Below, one piece after another: positions 1-9,655 of a stretch of 11,567 nucleotides of DNA. This DNA comes from Octopus sinensis. Taxonomy: Eukaryota. Both the position numbers and the translations under genes were made by a program. The notes under the pieces were generated by a model. The model had not been told where the DNA came from. It worked only from the letters and a program-made list of their open reading frames with translations, and made no database searches. The stretch's first letter is position 1. Each line of letters opens with the position of its first letter. The stretch covers positions 1 through 11,567 of the forward strand of contig NW_021826846.1 of assembly GCF_006345805.1 (NCBI RefSeq). Direction: 5' to 3'.

Positions 1-494
1 ACGATGGTCAAACCTGAAACGCTAGATTTATTACTTTTGTAAATGCGGGTGTACTGGACCTGTGAATTGCAGTAACATGTTTGATTCGCTACCTTCGTGC
101 CATACGTCTGATTAAGGAGAGCTGCCATGTGGACCATTTATCAACCGAAATGGTCTTGAATAGATAATTATAAAAGTACAGTGAATGATATATGTGCAAA
201 GAATGATGGCTACATAGATTGTACGAAAAGATCTATAGATATCTAGATATGTGTGTAAGTATGCATACATGTATAAGTGTTTGTCTTATTATCTAACTTA
301 CTCTGACATCCTCACTCTACAACCACATACTGACACGCCTACGCATGCGCACCTACGTGTGTGTGTGTGTGACGAATCACGAAGAAGCGCATGAGTTTCT
401 GCGGGAACAGACATGACAATAAAGCGCCAGACATATATTTATATATGTATATATAATGGAAAAATGGGAAGAGACAAGCTCGCAGCTGGGAATT

Positions 495-500
495 CACGCG

Positions 501-551
<51 letters not shown>

Positions 552-595
552 GCACACACACATACACACACACACACACATACACATGTACACAC
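495..595. repeat. (CG)6 followed by (CA)n microsatellite; 101-bp uninterrupted purine/pyrimidine alternation
   Basis: Read directly: cacgcgcgcgcgcgcacacaca...tacacatgtacacac. Substitutions keep the alternation. Confidence 0.97.
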
Positions 596-608
596 TGTTG
601 TTACTATT

Positions 609-765
609 CTGGCAGAATCGGTCGAACGCTGTATAACATCTACGTTATTCAGTTACGTTCCCTTTATGTTTTGAGTTCAAATCCCACAGGAATCCGTTTT
701 ACTTTAAGTCTTTTCAAGGGGAATCAAATAAATATTTGACAAGTACTGGAGTTGATTTAATTGAT
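609..765 (+). mobile_element. Degenerate tRNA-derived SINE, here called family B, copy 1
   Basis: Box-A-like tggcagaatcg (610-620) and box-B-like gttcaaatcc (675-684). Shares blocks with the copy at 819-1005 (tttatgttttgagttcaaatccc vs tttacgttctgagctcaaatctt) and with 1214-1336 (gtactggagttgatttaat vs gtactggggttgatgtaat). Resembles an abundant octopus SINE as I recall it; not database-verified. Confidence 0.7.
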
Positions 766-818
766 TTTTTCCCCACCACTGAATATGTGTACATACGCTT
801 GTGGTAGAACTCATCATC

Positions 819-1005
819 AAGGATGGTGAGTTTGTAGAATCGTTAAAACATAGGAGAAAATTCCTTGTGGTATTTCTTCAAGTAATTTACGTTCTGAGCT
901 CAAATCTTACCGAAGTCAGCTTTAATCTTCATCCAACTGGGAGTCGATGTAATCGACTAATCCTACTCTTCTTAGAATTTCTAGTCTTTTCCCTAAATTT
1001 CAAAC
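819..1005 (+). mobile_element. Degenerate tRNA-derived SINE, family B, copy 2, with internal deletion
   Basis: ggtgagtttgtagaatcgtt head and tttacgttctgagctcaaatc box-B region. It then jumps at catcc|aactgggagtcgatgtaatcgact, skipping the central block seen in copy 3. Confidence 0.7.
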
Positions 1006-1022
1006 AACTATTGGAGGTGGTG

Positions 1023-1216
1023 TGGAGGCGCAATGGCCTAGTGGGTAGTGCAGCGGACTCGCGGTCGGAGGATCGAGGTTTCGATTCCCAGACCGGGCGT
1101 TGTGTGTGTTTATTGAACAAAAACACCCAACGCTCCACGAGGCTCCGGCAGGGTGGGGTGGCGACCCCTGTTGTACTATTTCGCCCCAACTTTCTCTCAC
1201 TCTTTCTTCCTGTTTC
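1023..1216 (+). mobile_element. 5' half of a tRNA(Arg)-like SINE (probably octopus OR-type), 3'-truncated
   Basis: Box A TGGCCTAGTGG (1034-1044) and box B-like GGTTTCGATTCCC (1077-1089). By manual alignment it is 172/194 (89%) identical, without gaps, to the reverse complement of 10567-10760. The family name is from recollection. Confidence 0.92.
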
Positions 1217-1336
1217 GACTTTGCCTTTTGTCCTTTCGGAGTTAATAATATATATATATACCAGTTGAGTACTGGGGTTGATGTAATGAACTTACCCCGG
1301 CCTCCATAATGCTGGCCTTCTGCCAACATTTAAACC
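1214..1336 (+). mobile_element. 3' half of family B SINE (copy 3), fused directly to the OR-type 5' half
   Basis: cgactttgccttttgtcctttcggagt...taccagttgagtactggggttgatgtaatgaact shares the ACTGG(G/A)GT(C/T)GAT(G/T)TAAT motif with copies 1 and 2. It does not match the continuation of the full-length OR-type copy. Confidence 0.75.
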
Positions 1337-1520
1337 ATTATTAATTTAGACTATAAAAATATCAGGCAACAAGGAATTAGCTGTAACTCACAATATTGTT
1401 GCTCTTATTTTTCCTGAATGAACGCTCAATGAGTAAATGTGATGAATATATTCTACTCATGAGCATTCCATCTTTATAACTGCGGTACCCCTCAGAGTGT
1501 GTCATCGAAAAAGAACCGAA

Positions 1521-1547
1521 TTTTTTTTTTTTTTCCTTTTTTTTTTT
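1521..1547. repeat. Poly(T) tract
   Basis: T14-CC-T11 read directly. Confidence 0.95.
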
Positions 1548-1789
1548 CAAGATTATAGGGTTGCTTTTTCGGGCATACCAAGCAACTACGTAAAAGATCG
1601 ATCGTTAAATCACACAGTGATAGCGAATTGAGTAAATGGTTCGAGGAAAACATGTCTGGGATTTGCCGCGATGTAACTAGAACCGTACAGTCAGTTTTTC
1701 ACTGTCTGCTTCTAGTATCGACAAAGAACCACAGACAGAGAACAAATTTGCTTTGAGGAAATTAGACAGATTGAAATGGAAAATGATGG

Positions 1790-1990
1790 AACTAGAAGGA
1801 ACTAGAGAAAAAAAAAAAAGAAAGAACAAGCGAGTAAAAGGGGAAAGTGTGAGAGAAAGAGGGGGGGGGAGACAGACAGAGAATGTGTATGTCAGCCAGA
1901 TAGACAGGGACAGAGACAGAGGGAGTAGGTAGAGCGGACAGGAGAGAAAGTGTTGGGTGATAAAAGTGCATGATGAAGGAAGAAATGTGA
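1790..1990. repeat. Purine-rich GA/GACA low-complexity tract
   Basis: Read directly. Confidence 0.8.
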
Positions 1991-2338
1991 ATGGACAATA
2001 CTGGATATGAGAGCAACAGAAATGACTCATCATAATCAATGGCAGTCTTATTTATTTATTATTGATAATGATGATGGTGATGATGATGATGTGATTTTGT
2101 TGTTGGCGTTGAAGTTGGTAGCTGTTTCATCTGGTCTTGTGATACGAATCAATTAATTATAACAGAGGAATAAAATATGGAGCAAGGCTAAATACACGTT
2201 CAATATTGGGCTAGAGTACAACGCAGCATCTGGACAGGTGATGTTGGAATGATTTAGTAGAGGAAAAGACCTTAACATCTGGACTTATGATCAAGAGTGA
2301 ACTATTAACAGACATGATGTGGATTCCCATTGTATACG

Positions 2339-2342
2339 TTTC

Positions 2343-2421
<79 letters not shown>

Positions 2422-2429
2422 TTCTCTTC
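2339..2429. repeat. (TTTC)n-(TC)n polypyrimidine microsatellite
   Basis: Read directly; pure pyrimidine from 2339 to 2415. Confidence 0.97.
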
Positions 2430-2435
2430 GCTTCT

Positions 2436-2625
2436 ATGCATACAAATATAATGTATGTTACCGAATGTTATATATATTATATAAATATCATATATACTAT
2501 ATATACTATTTATATAAAATATGCATGCTATATATAATATGTATATATTACATAATATTATACATATTACACACACACAAACACACACACATATATGTAT
2601 TCATTTTTTATATCTATGTAACATA
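2436..2625. repeat. Degenerate (TA)n with (CA)n
   Basis: Read directly. Confidence 0.85.
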
Positions 2626-2838
2626 TTATTATTTTATTTTTTATTATCTTAAGGAGGCTTTGAATTTAGGATTATGAAAAAATTTATAAGATTTGTGGTA
2701 TCTTTTATTGTATTGTTTGGTAAATAGCTATGGATTTCAAGACAGACACCTTTATACCTTGCATATCATATGTGTGTGTGTGTGTGTACATTATGTATTA
2801 TTTAATATGTACATTAATTATACATACCTTTATATGCG

Positions 2839-2866
2839 GAGAGAGAAAGTAAGAGAAAGGGAGAGC

Positions 2867-2951
<85 letters not shown>

Positions 2952-2979
2952 AAGTAAGAGAAGGAGGGAGCTAGCTAGC

Positions 2980-3063
<84 letters not shown>
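2839..3063. repeat. Compound (GATA)n/(GA)n array made of two duplicated units
   Basis: gagagagaaagtaagagaa occurs identically at 2839-2857 and 2944-2962. Each is followed by gagcta and a (GATA)n run. Confidence 0.95.
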
Positions 3064-4262
3064 GGGATAAAGAGAGAATGAGTGGGTGAGATAGTCGGTG
3101 AGAGAGTGAGAGAAAGAGAGCAACAGATGTCCAGATGCGTAACATCGGTGAACCCACATTGGACATATTGGATGGAAATAATGGAGTATAATAGAAAAGG
3201 CGATGACATAGATTTATTAGAGAAACAAATCGTAACATGACATCTGGATTGATGATGACAATGAATTCGGAGAGAAAGAGAATTTTCCAGTACAATAACC
3301 ACCCCATCTCTCACTCTCTCACTCTCTCTTCAACCAAGCATTAGCTATTTGAGTTCTTTTAGACGAAGCCTTAGAGCTTAGTCACAGTAATAAACTGACA
3401 TATGGCAAAAAATATTTCAAAAAAATTTATCTAGAGTTACGATGATTATGAACACTGAGTCGGGTTTCCGGTAATCCGTATAACGCATCCTATTTCAATT
3501 ATGACCATCAGCTCTTTCATTTCATTTGCGTCAAAACAGCGAAGGAAACCTTCCGCTGGCCTTTGGATCTGCAAGAAATATTTGTCAAACATTTCTTACT
3601 TTAGACAATATAGCTTTCAAAAAAAGAAGTCACCTTCAGCTATATGGACACTGATACACTACGATTATTGAATCAATTTTGATAAGTATCTGCTTTTGAT
3701 CAAATCTACCCTGCTCTAATCTACTTGTAATAGTAGCGATAAATATATTATATTATAACAATACAATGTGGTACAGGGGTCAACTAAGGAACATACAGAA
3801 TACGTGAAAGACACAAACAATTGACACGGACTTATTCAATTCCTCGTCATTTTTCGACCAAAAATCATCACAATTTCGACACGTAATGGAAGCACTGGAT
3901 CTCACAATTTATTTATAATATCTAACACGGGAACATGACAATATGAATGTTTGTATGCTTTAGCGCTTTGCTTAAAGGACCTCAATGCTTAGCTCTTACG
4001 GTATTTATCCGGCCAAAGGAAAGATAAAAAGTTGAGTGGAGAAGAACAAAACTAAGAATAGGAAACATCAAAGCAGCAAAATAAGAGGTGGGAGTGGTGG
4101 TGTTTGTGGTGGTGGTAGTGGTAGTATAAGAATGGTGGGAAAATAGCGGCGGAACAACAGCAACAACGAAGACGAAATAGAAAACGGAATATAGCAAGAA
4201 TCTTGTGTTAAATCATTGAATAACTTAGTCATTTTGCTCCAAGAAAAGTATGAAACTCTAAG

Positions 4263-4418
4263 TATGTATGTATATATAAATATATGTATGTATATATGAA
4301 TGTTGTATATATTTATGTATGTACATATGTATATATATATATATATATATATGTGTATGTATGGATATGTATGTATGTGTGTATGTATATATGCAAATAG
4401 TGTGTGTGTGTGTGTGTG
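4263..4418. repeat. Compound (TA)n/(TATG)n/(TG)n microsatellite
   Basis: Read directly. Confidence 0.92.
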
Positions 4419-5700
4419 TAGTACGAGACGGAGAAAATGTTTACATAAGAAACAATGTTGAGCAACAACAACAAAGACGCTGACACCATACACATACAAG
4501 TTCAAAGAAATGCATCGAAGAATCGTAGATTTCAGAAGCAAACACAATATACAAACAAACGAAAATGGAAACTGACCATATAAACACGAAAGGTTAAAGA
4601 TTTCAAAGAAAACGAAACGAAAGGAAAGGAAAAAAGAAAACGGTAAGAAAACACAAAAGCAAACTTCACAGTAATAAATAAACAAACATACTAAACAAGC
4701 TAGAACCGAAATCCCTACACGGTCAAGTTTCCCCTCAGAAAGAGTAAATAAATCGGATTATAAACAAGAAGCAAAAGCTATCTGTAGCTCAGAGGCTAAA
4801 ATCTGAAATTAATGTAAAGTAAAAAAGAAAATATAAATTACAGAAGCAATCCAGGATCAAGATCTTTTAACTAAGATGTTCTACAAACATGGATATAAGC
4901 TGACGACGATCAATAATATCGGATGTATACCCTATATGAAAAGGGACTAAAGACTGATGTGGTAGGTAGCTTGGTTTTCGACAAAGTGTGTGTGTGTATA
5001 GACTGAAAGAGTGAGAGAGAGAGAGAGAGATTTGTTCATTTGCTTTCTGGGTCTGAAGGAAGAGGAAGCGCCCTTGACGTTTGAAGATCTGATATCGTTA
5101 AAATTCGGTGTAAAGTGTTGCAAGTCAAAAGCCTTTGGAAAAACATAGGCAGAGAGGTTCTAAACACCTTAAGTTCTTGGGTGAAAAAAAAAAGCTAGTG
5201 GTTAGTGTAGGCTCAAAAGACGGGAGGATGCAATAAAGGTGTGATAGTGGTAACAAAACAGACTTTACGTTCTAGGATAAAATCCCAACAAGATAAAGTT
5301 TGCCATTCCTTCTTCTATGCTAGAGGAAAAAATTTCCAAAGTCTTGAAAGCAACAATAGTATGGCAATGGTAATGATAAAAAAATAAGACAAAACTTAAA
5401 TATGAAATAATTTTTTTCTGTCTAAAACTGTAGGTATTTGATTCTACAAAAACCGCGTAAAAAGGTGTTTGCAACAAGTAGATGTGATTGGAGGAAATAT
5501 GTAGGAAAACCTATATTAAAATCTATAATATATAGTTTGTTATATTAGGACATAGGTATGTACGGAATGAGACTAACCAAAATCCGTCAAATATTTTGAT
5601 CCAAGATTGTGGTTTTAAAATTAACACGTATGTATTGATATATCGATGCATTGATTGAGGTATTGGTTCATTGATTGAATAAAACAATATTCTTACAAGA

Positions 5701-5750
5701 TGAGAGAGAGAGAGAGGGGAGAGAGAGAGAGAGAGAGAGTAAGAGAGACG
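5701..5750. repeat. (GA)n microsatellite
   Basis: Read directly. Confidence 0.92.
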
Positions 5751-6189
5751 AGTAGAGGAACAGCTACAATATAAAACTACATAAAGAGGCATAGAGAGGG
5801 GAAATGCTAAACGCTTGCCGAAAAGAAACAGTAAATAGTACAAACAAATAAACATGTATATGAAAAGAAAAAAAAATGAATAAATAAAAACAAAACTGTT
5901 GAGCCAAATCACTCGATATTGGTTTTTTCAAATTTATCGTATTTCATTTATTCATTTATTTATGTTTAGTTTATTTAGATATTTTAGATGTCAGCAGAGG
6001 CAATTTCGGATTCAACAGAATCACAAGAAAGCTACAATTTGAAAGAATATTACTATTAGAGTAACATAACATTACAAGACATCTCACTATGTATGTGAAT
6101 GCCTGTATACTGCGTACGTTAAGAATCATTGACGAAGGAAATTTTCGTAAAAACAACTATAAGTTTTCAGCGAATATTGACTATAGAGT

Positions 6190-6263
6190 GGAGTGGCTGT
6201 GTGGTAAGTAGCTTGCTAACCAGCCACATGGTTCCGGGTTCAGTCCCACTGCGTGGCATCTTG
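6190..6263 (+). mobile_element. tRNA-like head of a second SINE family (possibly OR2/CORE-type), truncated just after box B
   Basis: Box A-like TGGCTGTGTGG (6194-6204) and box B-like GGTTCAGTCCC (6237-6247). The family assignment is from recollection of octopus SINEs. Confidence 0.8.
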
Positions 6264-6407
6264 ACCCCCAGCAACTTGTTCTTTGTAAGCCTAATACCTA
6301 TTCTATCGGTCTCTTTTTGCCGAATCGCTAATTGAAGGGGGCGTTAACACAGCAACATCGGTTGTCAAGCGACGGCGGGATGGGTGAGACAAACATAGAC
6401 ACAAACA
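6261..6407 (-). mobile_element. SINE 3'-half fragment lacking its terminus (piece Y)
   Basis: ttgacccccagcaacttgttctttgtaagcc...ggttgtcaagcg...gacaaacatagacacaaaca matches, as I recall, the reverse complement of an abundant octopus SINE 3' half. Its first 19 bp recur at 6964-6982 with one mismatch. Confidence 0.7.
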
Positions 6408-6542
6408 TGTGGTTGGGAAACAAACTTCTTGCCAGCCTGACAATATATCGAATAATTTGACCCACATGAGATTGCCTGATGACATGGGAGGTTATTGCAA
6501 CGTACTGCATAATGTTATGGCTGTGGCGCGTTTTATATTATT
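6408..6542 (+). repeat. 135-bp direct repeat, copy 1
   Basis: 131/135 identical to 6980-7114 (offset 572). Mismatches are at 6493, 6511, 6514 and 6521; the first 85 bp are identical. Confidence 0.98.
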
Positions 6543-6877
6543 AAATTATATTATTAAAATTAATATTTAACATTATAGTCGATTTGGATATAATGAATAT
6601 TTGATAATAGAGTTTATTATAAGTAAAATTATTATATTATATATATATTATTTATATCTTAAAAATATTGATTATATTTTAGATATTTAAACCACATGAA
6701 GAATGACTGTAACTCGAAAATTTTAAGAATTGAGCAGCCATGAAACGATCGTAGTGTTATATTTTTTAATAATTTTGTTATATATTTAAATAATATAAAT
6801 TAAATAATCTTATGTATTGGCGTAAATTTTTCATTGTATGATTTGCCTAATAGTGGTTTTATCTCTAATTTAATATA

Positions 6878-6909
<32 letters not shown>
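6543..6909. other. Very AT-rich spacer ending in (TA)n (6883-6909)
   Basis: Read directly; long stretches consist only of A and T. Confidence 0.85.
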
Positions 6910-6920
6910 ATTCTCTAGCG

Positions 6921-6982
6921 TGTTTCAGCCATTTGACTGCGGCCATGCCCTTAGTCGAACAAATTGACCCCCAACAACTTGT
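6921..6982 (-). mobile_element. SINE 3' terminal fragment (piece X)
   Basis: tgtttcagccatttgactgcggccatgcccttagtcgaacaaattgaccccc. The reverse complement carries ggggtcaatttgttcgactaa, related to the family B ggg(a)gtcgatgtaatcgacta motif. It overlaps piece Y by 19 bp. Confidence 0.7.
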
Positions 6983-7114
6983 GGTTGGGAAACAAACTTC
7001 TTGCCAGCCTGACAATATATCGAATAATTTGACCCACATGAGATTGCCTGATGACATGGGAGGTCATTGCAACGTACTGCATGATCTTATGGGTGTGGCG
7101 CGTTTTATATTATT
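6980..7114 (+). repeat. 135-bp direct repeat, copy 2
   Basis: See 6408-6542. Confidence 0.98.
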
Positions 7115-7400
7115 CAATGTACCATGTTACCTGACAGGTGAATCTTGTAATGAAACATTGTAGTAAGACCATATGATCCATACGTGTTTTATTATTATTA
7201 TTATCATTATATTACGCCACGCTAAAAGTGCTACTCTATTCGGGTACTCTTCGATTTGTGGATTATCAAACGGCAGTGAACTTTTCTTTATTGATTAACA
7301 CTTCACAAATGCAAGAGATTGTTCATCTGTTGATTTCTGTTATACTGTCAGGCCATCAAGTGTTGTGTGTTTCACTTTCATACACCTCGATTTTAACTAG

Positions 7401-7715
<315 letters not shown>

Positions 7716-7807
7716 GACTCTATCTGGTCACTTCAGTCATATAACCTCACACGTACTTTTCTCGGACTATTCTTTTCCTCCTTTCCGGACCTTTCTTCTT
7801 CCACCTT

Positions 7808-7835
7808 CTGACGAAGAGCCTTACCCGAAACGTCA
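7808..7835 (+). ncRNA. Decayed minimal type-I hammerhead-ribozyme-like motif, probably a Penelope-like element terminal relic
   Basis: CTGACGA (7808-7814), 12-nt spacer, GAAA (7827-7830), CG, TC (7833-7834). Core order is correct and the stem III region is the palindrome ACGT. Stems I and II are poorly paired. Confidence 0.55.
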
Positions 7836-7946
7836 CACCCCCTCTTTTTTATCTTAAACTGAGCGTCAACCGAATTCATTTACTGTATACATCGTTTTGA
7901 CATTTGTTAATTTTGTTTATATATTTGTTTTTATTTTTGATTTACC

Positions 7947-8177
7947 TATATATATATATATATACATACATATGTGCATATATGCATTTGAATATATATG
8001 TGTATGTATATATACATACATACATGTATGTATATATATATTTATTCACACATACATACATACATAAATATATGTTTGAATATATATATGTATATATATG
8101 TATGTATATATATATATAATATATATATATATATGTATGTATACATATATATATGTGTATATATATATATATGTATA

Positions 8178-8230
<53 letters not shown>

Positions 8231-8277
8231 GTATATGTATAATTATACATGTATGTGTATATACACACACACACACG

Positions 8278-8308
<31 letters not shown>
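7947..8308. repeat. Long compound (TA)n/(TATG)n/(CA)n microsatellite
   Basis: Read directly. Confidence 0.97.
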
Positions 8309-8613
8309 TCAAACATATGCACACACAGATATACACACCACCATTATATGCTACATTCCAAGTCCTTGTCTTTAATCTAGCTTTCGAACTTTTTTCTGAT
8401 TGCACTTTTTAAAAACCTCTTATACACATTTTTTTTTCTTTTATATACAATTTTGTTTCCCTATTTTTCATTTCGTCGTTCCTTATCTCCCTCTTATTTT
8501 TTTTAAATAAAAAGAAAAAAAAAACATAAAAACCTCTTTTGTTACATTTTTCTCCCTCCTTTTGTTTTTGTTTTTCGTATCGTCCATGTCCTCTTTTATA
8601 TCTACCGCCATTT

Positions 8614-8728
8614 TATATATGTGTATATATGTATGTATGTGTGTATATATGTATGTATGTGTGTATATATGTATGTATGTATATATATATATATATATAT
8701 ATAGATATATATGTGTGTGTGTGTGTAT
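8614..8728. repeat. (TA)n/(TATG)n/(TG)n array with a 20-bp higher-order unit gtgtatatatgtatgtatgt
   Basis: The unit is seen at 8621-8640 and 8641-8660, and nearly complete at 8661-8680. Confidence 0.92.
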
Positions 8729-8917
8729 GAGTGTGTCTGTGTACACACACACAGAGACACACTACGTGTGTAGCTTTTTTTTCTAGTTTACTTTTTTTTC
8801 CTCAACGATTTTTCTTCCCTTCTCTTTTTCTCTTCTTCGTTCCCCTTTTTTGTCATTTTGGCTTTCGTTTCTCTTTACATCCCATGCTTTTTTAATACGT
8901 ATATGTGCGCGTCAGCG

Positions 8918-8969
8918 TGCCTGCTTGCCTGTCTGCCTGCCTGCCTGCGTGCCCACGCGCGCGCGCGCA
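8918..8969. repeat. (GCCT)n followed by (CG)n
   Basis: Read directly. Confidence 0.85.
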
Positions 8970-9319
8970 TCTGTGTGTGGTTACAGTAGACCACAACTGA
9001 AGCTGGCTGGACTATAAAATGTTACGGAGCTAGCGAGAACCTAATTAAACACCGGAAATTAAATGTAACGTCTTTTCTATCTCTTCCAACCTTTCTTTCT
9101 CTCTCGTAGCTTACCTACTTTTTTTTTATATTTTTTCAACATCATTGATTTATATGTTTATATATTTGTTGTTGTTAGTCTATCTTTTTTCTTTCTTTTT
9201 TTTTTCCTTTTTCTCACCCCTCTCTCTCTCTCTCTTTCTCTCTTTATTCTCTTAGTTCTTGCTTTATATATTTCCTTTTTCTCATATTCTTTTCTTCCAT
9301 TTCACTTCTCAGAATCCTT

Positions 9320-9367
9320 TATATATATATATACATATATATACATATACATATATATATACATATA

Positions 9368-9449
<82 letters not shown>

Positions 9450-9483
9450 ATATATTATATAATATATATATAATATATATATG

Positions 9484-9519
<36 letters not shown>

Positions 9520-9526
9520 TAATATA
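9320..9526. repeat. Long imperfect (TA)n microsatellite
   Basis: Read directly. Confidence 0.97.
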
Positions 9527-9584
9527 GTACTCTTTCTTTTGTGCTTCTCTCTCTGCCGATTTGTCTTTCTCTTTGTCTATCCCA

Positions 9585-9655
9585 ACACACACATGCACAC
9601 ATACACACAAATACACACAAACACACACGCGCTCTCATACATACACACGCACACT
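9585..9655. repeat. Imperfect (CA)n
   Basis: Read directly. Confidence 0.9.

Noticed and set aside
1023-1095. tRNA gene at the SINE heads (also 6190-6260 and 10690-10760)
   Set aside because: A and B boxes are present, but there is no convincing acceptor stem or terminator and the sequence continues into a SINE body.
801-1329. ORFs overlapping the SINE cluster, and similar peptides at 10407-10848
   Set aside because: The shared peptides come from the two SINE copies, not from paralogous genes.
3537-3558. Rho-independent terminator
   Set aside because: The window is eukaryotic, so it is kept only as a low-interest hairpin.
4900-4945. CTGACGA followed by a 4-bp stem cgat/atcg (hammerhead-like)
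   Set aside because: The next bases are GATG rather than GAAA, and stems I and III do not form.
4958-4975. 16/18 match to the SINE head at 6200-6217
   Set aside because: Too short and has no flanking homology; cannot be separated from chance.
5988-6065. Acceptor-like tttTAG followed by short frames (MSAEAISD... / DVSRGNFGF...)
   Set aside because: Both frames stop within about 25 codons, there is no donor, and the peptides are unrecognisable.
6408-6500. GAAA ... CTGATGA in the 135-bp repeat as a type-II hammerhead
   Set aside because: Stem II and stem III partners are absent and there is no correctly placed UH.
6543-6880. Mitochondrial control-region insertion (NUMT)
   Set aside because: AT-richness alone; I recognise no mitochondrial tRNA or gene fragment. 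BLASTN would settle it.
6408-7114. Direct repeats as LTRs or a CRISPR-like array
   Set aside because: There are no TG...CA ends, primer-binding site or TSD, only two copies, and the context is eukaryotic.
9013-9021. TATA-like ctataaaat downstream of a CG run; NRF1-like cgcatgcgca near 342
   Set aside because: Single short motifs with no supporting transcript structure.
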